In this document: piece after piece, positions 18,896 to 32,037 of the stretch
Layout: each line of letters begins with the position of its first letter
Numbering within the stretch: the stretch's first letter is position 1
Origin: a virus
Taxonomy: Duplodnaviria; Caudoviricetes
Length of the DNA: 64,000 nucleotides
Virus record (IMG/VR): IMGVR_UViG_3300021400_000138
Coordinates: 1 to 64,000 of that record
Reading direction: 5' to 3' (one strand)
Translations under genes and position numbers: made by a program
The notes under the pieces: generated by a model
Told to the model about the DNA's origin: nothing
The model's input: only the letters and a program-made list of their open reading frames with translations
Database searches by the model: none

Positions 18896-21800
18896 TTTCA
18901 TGATTAGATTCTGCTACGAAGGGAAACCTTGGTAGCAGACTTGTGACCATGAAATTATTCAAAGGAGGGTTATTATGGTTATCAAAAATAATTACTATGA
19001 GTCCAGATTCAAAAAGGGAAACAAAACTTGCATCGTCCGCAGTGAATACGATGGAGATTACACATCATCCGTCGGTACCTTCACATTTGGAGGTTGGAAT
19101 CCGTTCCCGTGCTACAGCATGATTACAAATTATAAAACAGTTTACGACTGGCTGATTGCCAACGGCTGGGAAAGGGAAAAGTATTACTCTTTCCGGAAAA
19201 TCGAAGACAGCTACGACAACGAAACCGGGGAAGTTCTGAGCCATTGGTCCGAAAGTAAAATCATAGACAGGAGGTGATATCTGTGTCAGAAGAACTTATC
19301 TTCTCAGAGGTTACAGAGTGTAACCATGGTTACATCCATTGCCGAAAGGTAAATGGAGAACAGTATTCAATCAAGGCAAATCAAGCTCGCCTGACGGATA
19401 TCTATAAAACCGCCAAAGATCTGGCGGATTTCAATCTTAGGATGTGGAATACCATCCGAGAAGAATATAATAGGCGTTATGAAATAGTTGACGCCGAAAA
19501 AATCTATTCTGCCGAAGAAATTGATGAGGCAGAAAAGAACTGGCGTAAATATGGAATCACAAAAGCAAGTGAAATGCGTCATCATAATGAGTCCATAAGG
19601 GAAAGGTATTTTAAAGTCTCAGGATTTTTTGATGCAGGATCATGGGCGTACGACAACTACGTCAAATACCGTAAGCTTGCAGAACAAGCGAAAGGGGGAT
19701 TAACCAGATGAAAAGATTTTTTCTTGTCATTATTGCGATTTTGATCTTAGTAACTCCGGTTTCAGCAGCAACAAATACGCAATTAATAAAAAGATACTGC
19801 AAAACCAACTATCCTGGAAAGCAAATCCGGATAGTTCAGCAAGGTAAACTGACATATAAACAGTTTACTAACCGCAAGGGAAAGCGGTATGTATATGTAA
19901 TCAAATTCCGTTCCAGATCGTACGGTACATACGGTTTGACTAAATCCGGATCATATATCCGTTATAACAAACCTGTAAAGAAAGGCAAATGGGTTTATAT
20001 GTACTATGTATATAACCCATATAGCAACGCCGAGGATGACGTAGTGGCAAGAATCGGCAATAACAAAATAATAAAACTTTCGTAGTTAGACTATGCCATC
20101 AAGGGAAACGTACTTGGTGACATAGATGTGACCATGAAAGCAAATATAGGAGGTATGTTATGGGAACTATGTTCAGATTCACAAAGGGAGATGAATCCAG
20201 AATATTCTGGGTACTCCCCAATGGAAAAGCAGTTGAATATACTGCCACTGGAAGAAAAGAAGAAACCAATTTTGTAACTATTAATGATTCTTTAAAGCGA
20301 AACGGCTTTATAGGAAAAATTATTTAAGGAGGATATCACTATGAAAACAAAGGCAAACGATCTTACGCTGACAACTTACCGTTATATCCTGATTGCTACC
20401 GCAAATATCCTGTTGTTGCTTGTTGGTGTCTGCGCCGTTCTTGCAGATTTCGCCGAGTTTTGCGGAATTATCTGCAAGGGAACTCGCAAATTATATTACT
20501 TCCTTCGTGCAGAAGGGAAATACCTTTTGTATGAATATGCTCCTGTTATCAAATATCTGGTAACGGAAGCTATCAAATTTCGCGCTGATATTTGTGCGGA
20601 AAACAGAACTGGTGAATACGCTTAAAGGGAAAGGAAGGTAAATGAAACATGAAGTACAGAACAACAAAGAAAGCAATAAAGGAATCTTGGGATAAAATTC
20701 TCTGCGTTACTTACGATAACCTTCAATTTCTCCTTAGAGGTACTGACGCATTTGCTTACAGCACTCGCGCCGAGGGTTGGGCGTGTGATTATTACGAAAT
20801 TCCAAGGGAGATCTGTATCTCTACAGGATATGCTCCCATAGGGAAACACGTTGATTATGACCTCTGCCGCAGATATGATGAAGCGGCAGAAAAGATCTGG
20901 TCAAATTATAATCTCTCATATGATCGTCAAAGGCAAATGGTTTCTGGCCTTCTGGCGGACTTTGCGGGAGAAGTTGATGCATTATTCAACAAACGGAAAG
21001 GAAAGTAAATATGATTATTACAGCACGTACAAAGAGAAAGTTTCGCGAAGAAGACCAGGCATTTCAGGTAGGAAACTATAACATCAACTTCTACATGGAT
21101 GCATATCTCGACAGGGGAAAGGAATATTACCTTGCCGAAGTTATCAAGTTCTCTGGTAATAAAGTTATTAAACAGAACTTCGTTTATGTCACCAAGCGAA
21201 ACAAAGAAACCTACGGGGCTTTTTGGGAAAAGTTCCATGAGGAAAAATTCCTGGATGCAGTTATTAACTATCCTAAATACAAGAAAATCTAAGAAAGGGA
21301 AACGTATGTATAGAATAATTACAAATAAAGAAGCATATGCAGCTGGTGGTTACCGTGAACGTTATGCAATGGATCATGGCGAAAAGGAAACGAAAACCGT
21401 AAACAATCACAGGCTATGGATTTTCCGCTATTCTCCGGATGATCCGTATCAGGATGCCAATGGAGCAACCTTTGATTGTAAAGAAGGGAGATGGATCGGA
21501 TGACAGGAAGACAGAAAGAAATTATCAAAGATAATCTTAATGCATTTGTTCACAACTTTGGTGATGTACGCATAGAGAAGGAAGATTACGGTAAAGGATT
21601 CTATGTGCATTATCCACCGGAAAATGACTCATGGATTCAGTTCTGTTACAACATTGATTATCTTAATGGATGGCTTTATGGAGTTGTCCAAGGGAAATTC
21701 AGAGGTGAATTTAAAGATAAATAATAATTCATAATCAGATACAGCGCATAACTTCGGTTGTGCGTTGCAATGTGACTATGAAGCGAAAACAAAAGGAGGA

Positions 21801-22909
21801 TCTTATGACAAAAGCGAAAGCAGTTGAAGAATTCAAACAGCTGTACAAAAACTTATTCCTGGAACAAGTTGATTACTGGACGGCACAGTTCGCCTGGGCA
21901 TGTTATACGGATGCACTGTGCAAGATGGGCCGCATAACACAAAATCAGCATAATAACTGGTCTACTCCGTTTAAATACGGAAAGCACCTCAGCAAAAGGG
22001 CGGTGAGGATGACATGATCTATCCGAACCGTTACGAAAACGAACCCTCAAAGAGAAAAGCATATCAGGATGCCTATGATTGCATCGTGATATACGGAATT
22101 CCGCGTAGAAATTGGAATTACAAAAAATTCGGTCTCGACAGGATCGAGATGAAAGAGGTCTGGGCAACTGCTGAGAAGGATGCCCAAGGGAAATCAATGT
22201 TATGTTGTGTTTACTAAAGAAAGGAAACAAAAATGAAAGGCTTCACATTCCCACTCGGTAGAAAAGACGTATTCATAGAAACCGAGTATAAAAACAAAAC
22301 AGAAAATCTTGCAAGCAAAATCTTGCGCAAGCTTCAGCTTCCTGATAATCCAAATACACGTAAAGAGGTTCTGCATTATCTCCAGAAAGCTGAATGTGAG
22401 ATAAAGGGGACCACACGTAGGTACTATGAAATTCACGGCGAAAACTTCGGCGGCAAGGGAAGTTTCGTCGATGATGGTAACACAATAATTATTAAACTTT
22501 AAGAAAGGAGCGAAAAATGGATACCTGGCAGGAACGTGCAAGAAAGATGCTTGTTAGTGATTTCAAGTTTAACAGAAAGAAGGTAAACGCAATTATTAAA
22601 GGAGTGACAAAACGTCATCCTGATGCAACTGATGATTATCTTTATAACGTAACTATAAAAACAGCTTACGACAGATTATTCTAAGAAAGGAAACGTGATA
22701 TATGTTTAAACTTTGTCACTGCAACGAAATCAATCCTTGCTTCGCAAAAACACAGAAAGGTAAATGTGAAATACTTACCAGCACATACAAAAAACCTGGA
22801 CAGTGTCCGTTTAGAAAAGCAGGAATTGCCGACATAGCAAAGCGAAAGTAATTCATTACCAGATAAAGCACATAACTTACGGGTTGTGTGCTTCAATGTG
22901 GCAATGAGT
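18896..22909 (+). repeat. four copies of a covarying intergenic RNA hairpin (18896-18954, 20077-20140, 21728-21782, 22851-22909)
   Basis: Lower stem TTCAT...A/TG..ATGAA with an A-C mismatch, GA/(A/T)TG internal loop, variable upper stem; each lies just upstream of an RBS. Confidence 0.75.
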
Positions 22910-25900
22910 TGTTCATATAAAAAGGAGATCAAGTTATGGACGGAGTATTTGCTTACATGTCAAAACCATCTAAGTCAGGCAAAAGAAGGTATGTGTATCA
23001 GAATTATAATACACATGAATATTCATTTGATCATCTTCCGGGTGTTGAATATGAGGAAAGCAAACTTGTATATTCCACAACAGAAAGTTTGAAAAGATGG
23101 GAAGAACTTTTTAGCAAATTTGAATTTATTAAACCAAAGTGGAAAAAGATCTGAAAGGAGAGCAAAATGACAAGCTTATTAGAAGGTAAATCAATAAATC
23201 TTATCCGTCATCACGGCGGATTAGTCGCAGGAGATCCAGAGAGAATAGATCTCTGGATTACTGGCGGAGTTCTTCAGGTTACTGAACCGAATGATGTTTC
23301 ATTAATTAATCATTTGGTTAAAGAAGCGAAACGGATGGAAGTTGACGTAAACGATTACGTCAGATACATGCTTATTGAAGAGTATGGATGGTAAGGAGGT
23401 AAAGATGAAAAATTTTACAGAAAACGATATATATATAATAACATATATTAATAAAAAAGATAACGATAGTATAGATAGTGATTCTATCGTTATACTTGGC
23501 GAACCAGAAGCTCATAAACATTTTGATTATGTTTGTAAAATTGAAGCTCATGATAGAGTGATTCTTGAAAAAGGGAAAATTGTTACTTATTTAAATAACT
23601 GTATTGTACCTGATGTGCAAATTAGAGAATGGCGAAAGGAAAGGTAAACATGTACACGGTATACGACGTCCAGACATTCTACGGAACTCGCCAGAAAACG
23701 TTCCAGAACAGATGGAACGCAGAACAGTATTTGCGGCATCTTGCAAGGGAATATGATGCGGATCTTCTGGAATTCCACCGCAGAAGAATTTCGCGGGATG
23801 AATATATTCTCACAGACTTCGCCGATTAAGGAGGTAGATGATATGTTGAAGGCAAGAGAAATCTGTAATAAAACAGCCAAGGGAATTCCGTATGTAATGA
23901 TTATCAGTTATATCCTTGATAAAGGACAGGCGGTAATTTCAAAAATTACTGATGAGCAGATCGAATCTCTCGAAGAAAATCCAATGATGACAAAAGAATT
24001 CATCCAGAACCTGGTAAGAGCAGCAAGGGAAGTTGTTCTGAATTGTGATCAGAATGACATTGTTCGGTTAATAAAGGCTGAATGGTGTTGCTCCGGTGAG
24101 GTATACGATCCTGATAAAGATCAGTTTGTTAATGAAGATTTTTAAGAAAGGAAACGCAGATGAAGGCTATTGATATTATCTACAAAAACCTAATGGAAGG
24201 TAAATATTATGGTTACGTAGTAAAAAACGTAAGATTTCCATACTTTCATTCAGTACTTTACAAGCGAAATAAGTTTTTCTATTGGAGTAATTACGGAAGC
24301 TCCGCAAATGATGCAAATAAAAAGGAACTCACCTGGATCATTGAGGTGATTTTCAAGATGACTCCGGAAGAATTTATTAACAAGTATGAGTGCAGAACAT
24401 ATACGGAAACGTTAAAGGAGGTTATGGCATGAAAAAAGAATTCCAGCGCAAAGTTTACGAAACCTACAAAGAAAATCATGACGCAACCACAAAACACGGC
24501 GGTTATGAATACAGCATTGCATACAACGCAATTTGTAGTATTCATACTTGGATAATCCGCCGTAAGGTAAATTGCGATTGGCATTGGTTAATTCCTCTTG
24601 ATGAAGATATTAAATAAAGAAGGGAGATTAATATGACAGTAGTTACAGCAAAACCGCTCACATTCATGCAGATGTTCAACATCACTCGGCGTGATGCTTT
24701 ATATATCACACCTTATGGAAAGGCAAGGATAATGAATGCATCACCTGATCAGGAAATCAATGTTGATCAGACCCTGGAACAGGATGGATACAAATGGGGG
24801 CTTCGCAAGGTAGCTCCCAATAAGAAATATGATTACCTTGCTATGAGGATAAAGTAATGATTAAAACATACCGCAATAAGCGAAACGCAAATAAATACAT
24901 CGACGTTAAACATACCAAAGATCACCACTACCTCTGGCGGCAGCGGATGGTGTGGGGCAACGTAACAAATCATATTGGAACTCCGAAGGGTGGTTTTCGG
25001 CGGATGAATAAGAAGGCTATTAATGAAGTTCTGGAAGATTATCTGGAGGTGGTTGAATGACATTCGCAGAAGCGAAAGCGAGAGATGATTACAAGTTCAA
25101 GTTAAACGGAGTTGAGGATTTCATTCACGATCTTAAAACTGGTGAGTTTATGAACTGGACAGAATACGATGAACGTGATGGATATTTTAACTACGGAGAG
25201 GCAATCCTGGAAATCGGTTACGCAGACATTGAGTTGAATATAGAATCAATGTGTAACGGAGATGGTACAGGATATATCAATCAGCCTGATCCTTGCTACT
25301 TCATGTGCGTCAAGGGATTTAACAATGGTTGGTGTGATGCAGGATATCTTGATGACATCGGTGATTATCCTGTATGTGTTAACTGGGCCGCAAGCGATTG
25401 GGTTGAGCAGCTTGAAAGAGATATGTTCGAAAACTTTATGAAAGCTGTAAGAGAATTTGATATCAAGATTGATGAACCCAACTGGTTGGATGTTGATCAT
25501 GAATTCGATGTGTTTGATAGACTGCATGGAATTGAAAGGTGATTAAGTGAAAGAAATCAATATTGAACAGGTAGAAATCTGTCCCGAATGTGATGCAGAA
25601 AATGTTTTTCCTGGATGGGATCCTGAAGAGAAAGGATATATTGCAACATGTCAGACGTGCGGAAAGAAAATCTTTCTCTGCGATGCTTGTCTTCATGCGG
25701 ATGATAATCCGAAAGGTAAATGCGACTGGTATAAAAATGAAGATGGTCGCGGATGCTTCAGAGGATGGATTAAGAAGGGAGAATGATGTATGAAGATTTA
25801 TTTTGAAGAAGTTTTCCCGGATTATGTTTATAGCTACGGAAATGTAATTAGCATCCCAATTATTGATACCAAAGAAACCAACCTCATGATTGATAAAGAA

Positions 25901-26866
25901 AGATCTTCTAAAGGGAAAATTCCTTTCTTTAATGAAGATGAGCTTGGAAGAATTGATATGGAAGCCTGATATGAAATAAGATTGATTGTTGATAGAGAAA
26001 CACTTGAACCGCAGGAAATTGAGGCATGGGTTGCAGAGGGTAGCTGTGAAGAAAAGGATGAAGAAACTTATCATTTCGATTTAGATGATAAAGAAGATAT
26101 TAAAAGACAGCTTTTGGAACAGTTAAAATTATTTGATATGACTGCTGATGAATTAAAAGAAGTTGATGACTAAAGAAAACGAGGAGAAAAGGTTATGTCC
26201 TTAAGATTAATAACTCCATGTGATGTCGATGGTATTTGCCCATACAACGCAGAATCAATCGGCACCTGTGAATACTGGTGTGGACAAGATGAGCAAGAAG
26301 AAACTTATGATGACTATGATTACGAATATGACGAGGAGGAATAATGCAGAATATCTTGGTTTATGATGTAGAAGCAAAACGGATTGATGAAATTTGTGAA
26401 AAGTATGACACAACAGAGGCGGAGTTGATTGAAGTTCTGTTGGATAATGTATCCGACGAGGATTTGGAAGAAATGATGAGATGAATTATATGGAGGAATA
26501 AACATGGCAATTAGAGAAGAATATTTCCACATCAAAGGTAAACCCGTCAATACAACGGGAGATCCCGGAGTAACTGATAACTACATCCTCGCTACTCTTG
26601 ATTATACAAAGGGAAGAGGATATACCTGGTCAATCCGCCCGATTGGTCAGTATACAGTTAAAACAGATGATGGTGATTTTCTTATGAATCGCCTGACGGT
26701 GTATATCCTAAAGGACAACAAAGAGATCTATAAAGAATGCTTGGTCCCGTGCCAGCGGAAAGGAAATGTAAAACAGAAAGAGGCGGAAGAGTTATTTGAA
26801 GGAAATGTTATTGCAGCTATTAAACATAGGCTTGGTTATGAAATTGACAAGGAAGGATGTGATTGA

Positions 26867-27175
26867 ATGATGCAGTTTAAAATCTATCAGTTAGCTAAGA
26901 AAACTAAATATGCTTATATGAATTGTGCATATGCTTTTAATCATGGATTTAATTTCAATGATTATAAAGAGGTATATTCCGGAGAAAGAGAAAAGAAACA
27001 TATTCTTGATAATCTTTGGGAAGAATTCAATATCAATCATCCCGCAGATTTCCGGGGACATTCCATGAGCGTATCTGATGTAATTGCACTGAAAGATGAA
27101 GGCAAAGATTATTGGTACTGGTACTACTGTGATAGTTTTGGATGGGAAGAAATTACCGAATATATTAATAAATAA
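26867..27175 (+). CDS. YodL-like domain protein
   Basis: KIYQL...YKEVYSG...FNINHPADFRGHSMSVSDVI...YYCDSFGW. Confidence 0.8.
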   Translation: MMQFKIYQLAKKTKYAYMNCAYAFNHGFNFNDYKEVYSGEREKKHILDNLWEEFNINHPADFRGHSMSVSDVIALKDEGKDYWYWYYCDSFGWEEITEYINK

Positions 27176-27188
27176 AGGAGAATAAAAC

Positions 27189-27497
27189 ATGAAGAAAATC
27201 ATCAATGGAAAAATGTACAATACAGAAACCGCAACAGAAGTTGGCGACTGGTGTTCATATCTCGGAATTACAGATTTTGGCTACTATGAAGAGACACTTT
27301 ACAAAAAGAGAACAGGAGAATATTTCTTGTACGGATCTGGCAATGCTGGTAGCAAGTATTCGGCATCTTGCGGAACTAATACATGGTGTGGAAGCGAAGG
27401 GATTACTCCACTAACAGTTGATGAAGCGAAAGCTTGGGCGGAATATTACCTGGATGCAGATGAGTATGTTGATATTTTTGGTGAGGTTGAAGAATAA
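27189..27497 (+). CDS. conserved phage hypothetical protein
   Basis: MKKIINGKMYNTETA...ETLYKKRTGEYFLYG; AAGGAG RBS. Confidence 0.75.
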   Translation: MKKIINGKMYNTETATEVGDWCSYLGITDFGYYEETLYKKRTGEYFLYGSGNAGSKYSASCGTNTWCGSEGITPLTVDEAKAWAEYYLDADEYVDIFGEVEE

Positions 27498-28248
27498 GGA
27501 AGGAGGTGATCATGAGAAAATTTTATGACGTTGATCGAGACGAAACAATAACAATAGAACAGTTAGAAAAAGAATACAATGAGATAAAAGCAATCGGCGG
27601 TACTGATTCAGAAACATTTGATGAATATATTATCAATTGCTTGACATACAACAATGGAACATTAGAAGAAATTAAGGAGATGATTGTATGAATAATATTC
27701 CAAATTGTGTCCCAGAATATTACCGCAGCATGTGGGAAGATGAATGTCATGAGGCAGAAAAGGAAATGGAACGGCTGTCTTGGTATGAAAAGAATAAAGA
27801 ATACCAATACAAACGTTACAATGAAGGCTGTTGGTTGATCAGCTTCTACCCTGATGAGTGTGATAATTGCGCTCATGGAGAAGAAGCGAACCCAACAGCA
27901 GAGTGGGATGATATTCCCACGAAGATTTGTAATGACTGGAGAAACTGTCTGGTATTCAAGAAGTATGTTGCTGAACACTGGCCCAACTGCTCATATGAAG
28001 AAGTTTGCAGTTGGCATGATGAGAAGGGAGGTCACGATGAAACTTAAAGAAGCCATTAAAGCTGTTTCTTATAACGCAAGGCTTCAGATTTTGGTTAAAG
28101 ATGATTACGGCTACAATTTCATGTTTCCGAAATGTGACTTAATCACCCGTGAAACAATCGAGAAATTTTATCCCGAACTTCTTGAAAGGGAACTTAGTGA
28201 TGGGTTTCATGGGGAAGGAATTCGGGAAGGGATTTATGTACATCTGAA

Positions 28249-30315
28249 ATAAAACAATAATTTATATGGAGAATCGCTTATGAAAAAAGAAAATGAAGCA
28301 ATTATGGAAGCTATTGAATTCTTTACCAAAGGCAAATTTAGTGAAAGAAAACCGTTCCTTAAAGAAGCCTACGGTGATAATGGTGCCTTATATAATGGAT
28401 TTAGATTCAACAAAGAAGTGTGGTGCTGGGTTGTATGGAAAGCAACAGATATTGATTCCGCACCACAGTACAAAGGTGAACCTTTGTGTAAGGTAATTCC
28501 TGACACAGTACCGATTGAAAACATACCGAATGTTTTAGAAGCGCAGCCATGGACATATATTTGAGGAGGTGATAGCATGACGGACCAGCAGATTAAGGTA
28601 ATGTTTTCTAAAGAAATCTTGAGATCGTTGAGATTTGGTGATGCATCAGCGGAAATGTGTGTAAGAAGAATCTTGTTTTCAGAGGGAAATGCTATTGATT
28701 GGCAGAGAGCATATGAAGTTGCTCTGGAAGAAATGCCAGAGTTGAAAAATTACAAAGCAGAATAAAACGGTTATTTGAAAGGAGAGCAATAATGAAAACT
28801 CAAAAAGAAATCGAAACAAAAATCAAAGAACTTATGGACGAACTTGATTGGATGTATGATGACTCTTATCCCTATGATTCGTGGGAAGAAGTACCCAAAA
28901 TTGAGTCACAAATTTACATCCTTAATTGGGTGTTAGACAATAAAAGATAGGTTTGATGCCGTGGAACTATTCGAATGTTTTAAGAAGGGAGAGCCAAGAT
29001 GGAAAACATTGAAAACTACTTTGGAATTTGTGTAGCTTACTGGATGTCAACTGGATTAAGCGAGGGCGCTGCAACAGTAAGGGCGGTTTGGTGGGATTGT
29101 GTTGAAGTATGGAACGCAGATAAGTCTTGGACAGAAGATAAAATCGCATTTATTAATCGTTATAGGAAATATAAACCATATGGTCCTGTACCAGAAATGA
29201 AAATGGTTGAAGAGGGAAACGCATAAAAAACAGCTTTTATAGAAGGGAGATTGTGTTATGAAATTATATTGGCCAATGGCGATTATTAAACGTGGTAAAG
29301 AGTGGGATATTCAGCACACATACGATGCCGCAATGTCTTATGAAAAGGCAATGGATGCAATAAAGATATGGAGAGATGAGTATAAATTCGAGATTATTTC
29401 TTTCTGGATTGATGTTACTGATAACGGAAAGAAAATTGAGAGAAGTACTCCGTATGTATATCTTGATCTTGTAAAAGAACTTTGGGCAGATTTTGGAGAT
29501 GTTCCGATGAATCCTGAAACGGAATGTATCGAAGATTTCTGGGGAAGATTTATTCCCGGAACTCACAGAGAAGAGATCTGGCACTGGTTTGAAGAAACAT
29601 TCCACGTTAGCGTTGCGGAAGATTTGATGTAATAAGACCAGCCTTTAATGAAGGGAGAACAATATGGAAAAGTTGATGGTGAGGCACGATGATTACTTTG
29701 TATGGATCGTAGATGACAAGTTTAATCGTATATCTAACTTATACGATTACGATTGTTATTCCGAATGGAGTTACATTCAGGCAAGAGATAAGGCATGGAA
29801 AGAGGTGATGAAATGAACAGAAAAGAATTACTTGAAGAACTGAAGAAATATATGAATCACCTTATTCGTATGGGTGATGAAATGCCATTAGAAGTTTGGC
29901 TTGATGATTACCCTAACAATGTAATTGACATTGAAGATATGGCAGAAATCGGGTATCACTTGCGATATGCTTGCGAATATATAAGCAAGTATGTAGACCG
30001 ATAAAAGACACGTTTGATGAAGGGAGACGATAATATGACAGATATTATTCAGCAATGGAAAAGTGAAGCACTTTGTCTTAGCAGTGTTTATAAAGACACA
30101 ACAGTATTCCATGTAGAGGGAAACACGTTGTATCTGATTACCAGATATCCTGGTTTATTTATTGGTTATCAAGGAAATTTAATTAATAAATACGAAGAAA
30201 AACTTGGCATGAAGGTTAAGATGATTGAGTTGCATGAGGGCATTACACAGTTTTAATAAAAATCAAGTTTCATGAAAGGAAAATAGTCAAATGGATAATA
30301 AAATCCAGTTTTGAT
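28249..30315 (+). repeat. eight ATAARA-N6-TTTNAT-like sites at gene boundaries
   Basis: Copies start at 28249, 28762, 28940, 29223, 29632, 30001, 30256 and 30298. Confidence 0.75.
29258..29632 (+). CDS. hypothetical protein in the cassette-like array
   Basis: C-terminal LWADFGDVPM...GTHREEIWHWFEE domain; bounded by two array sites. Confidence 0.75.
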   Translation: MKLYWPMAIIKRGKEWDIQHTYDAAMSYEKAMDAIKIWRDEYKFEIISFWIDVTDNGKKIERSTPYVYLDLVKELWADFGDVPMNPETECIEDFWGRFIPGTHREEIWHWFEETFHVSVAEDLM

Positions 30316-30748
30316 AAGGAGGTAGATATATGAAAGCAAAAGAATATCTTGAAGAGCTTGAACTATACAATCTTATTCTTAATGAACTGACAGATCCGGA
30401 AAAGATTTCATATGTCAAAGAGAAAATTATTGAAACCAAACGCAAGTACAGAGCAAGACTTAAAGAAGAATGTGCGGATAAATATCTTTATCCGTATAAC
30501 AAGAAAGGTAAAATAGTTGCATGCAGTAGCAATAATGACTGGGAAACCTTCTGGAGAAAAGTCTTCTTTGAAGGAGAGCATTGGGACGAAGAAGATAAGG
30601 AAGCTTTCAGAGATGACAACTGGATAGAGATAAATAGCCCATATGACTGCACAGGAAAAACATTTACCTGGGCTATTGATTCTTTTAATGTTCCGAATGG
30701 TGTTGTTGCTTATATTCGTTATGCAATTGATGTTTAAAGGGAATTGTA

Positions 30749-31540
30749 ATGGAAGATAATAAGAGTGGTCGCTTTAGAAAAAAGAAAGTAAACTTCTCGA
30801 TGATATCTAACACAATCATTCGAGATGAAAGCATTTCACTCAGAGCAAAAGGATTGTATACATTAATACAGTCTTACATAACAATGGAAACATTTACATT
30901 ATATAAGAGTTACCTTATGAGTCAGTGCTGCGAGGGAGAAAGAGCTTTTGATTCTGCCTGGAAAGAATTAAAAGAAAAGGGATATCTTAAACAGTACAAA
31001 ATGAGAGATGGTGCAAGAACATTCTACTATGAATATGAACTTCTTGATGAACCAGAAACAGAAAGTCAAGAGGTACATTCTCTAGAGGTACAAAATGTAG
31101 GTCTACAAAATGAAGACATACAAAGTGTACCACCTACAAAACGTAGCTGTATTAATAATATTATATATAATAATACTATATCCAATAATACTATATCAAA
31201 TCATATCATATCAATCGAGGAGGTGAAAGATCAGATAGGATATGATGCATTCCGCAGGACAGAACAGGATCAAGTAAGTGAAATTGCTATGTTGATCACT
31301 GAGGTTATGAATACGGCAGATAACAAACAGATACGGATTGCTAAAGATAACATCTCCGCAGCGATTGTAAAGGAACGGTTTAGAAAACTTGATAAGTTTC
31401 ACATTGAATATGTTCTGGAATGTTTAAAACAAAACAGTTCCAAGATATCTAGTGTAAAGAATTATTTGTTGACGGCATTATATAATGCTCCGCTGACAAT
31501 GAATAGTTATTATGAGAATAGAGTAAATGTAGGAAGGTAG
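30749..31540 (+). CDS. replication-initiator-like protein (N-terminal HTH, C-terminal DUF6017-like)
   Basis: FSMISNTIIRDESISLRAKGLY...AWKELKEKGYL; IEYVLECL...NYLLTALYNAP; internal 15-bp repeats. Confidence 0.7.
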   Translation: MEDNKSGRFRKKKVNFSMISNTIIRDESISLRAKGLYTLIQSYITMETFTLYKSYLMSQCCEGERAFDSAWKELKEKGYLKQYKMRDGARTFYYEYELLDEPETESQEVHSLEVQNVGLQNEDIQSVPPTKRSCINNIIYNNTISNNTISNHIISIEEVKDQIGYDAFRRTEQDQVSEIAMLITEVMNTADNKQIRIAKDNISAAIVKERFRKLDKFHIEYVLECLKQNSSKISSVKNYLLTALYNAPLTMNSYYENRVNVGR

Positions 31541-31966
31541 ATGTAATGAATATTATTGATAAGATTATTAAAGACATTGATGATAAACTTCTCTTCGGCG
31601 AAGAAAAGAAACTTGAATACAGATTTCCAAACAAGCATATGATTGAAATCATTCTTCGTAGAAATGATTTGGAATTCTATTATGTTCCGACAGAAGAAAT
31701 CAGAGGCAAACTTACTCTGGCGAAATTCATCAACAAGAATAAAATTACTAACAAGAAGATAAAAGAGATCATAACTGAATATACAAAGTATGTGCTGACA
31801 GCACAAATGAAAGATGAAAGATGGGTTAACAACAATACAGAAAATGGAAGGATAAAAAAGAAATATCTTGGATTCGATGCAGGATCTAAAGCAGAAGAAG
31901 TTCTGAAGTGGATTAAGGAAGCATATATGGCAGCGTGATGAAAATTGAATATGGAACTGGGAAATG

Positions 31967-31996
31967 AGGATCTGGTGTAAAAGCCAGGTCCTTTTT
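31967..31996 (+). terminator. intrinsic terminator
   Basis: AGGATCTGG-TGTAAAAG-CCAGGTCCT and a T tract. Confidence 0.7.
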
Positions 31997-32037
31997 GATT
32001 GCAAAAAATTTCATATAAAGAAAGGTTGGTCGATTAC

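Larger units (their letters stand above)
16881..28252 (+). other. early-gene region: about 45 short co-oriented hypothetical ORFs
   Basis: Dense plus-strand ORFs of roughly 40-160 aa, mostly with a GGAGG/AAGGAG-type RBS and often overlapping stop/start codons. Confidence 0.8.

Noticed and set aside
28249-30315. CRISPR array
   Set aside because: Repeats are short and degenerate and are separated by whole genes; no cas operon, and the Cas4-like nuclease sits in the replisome.
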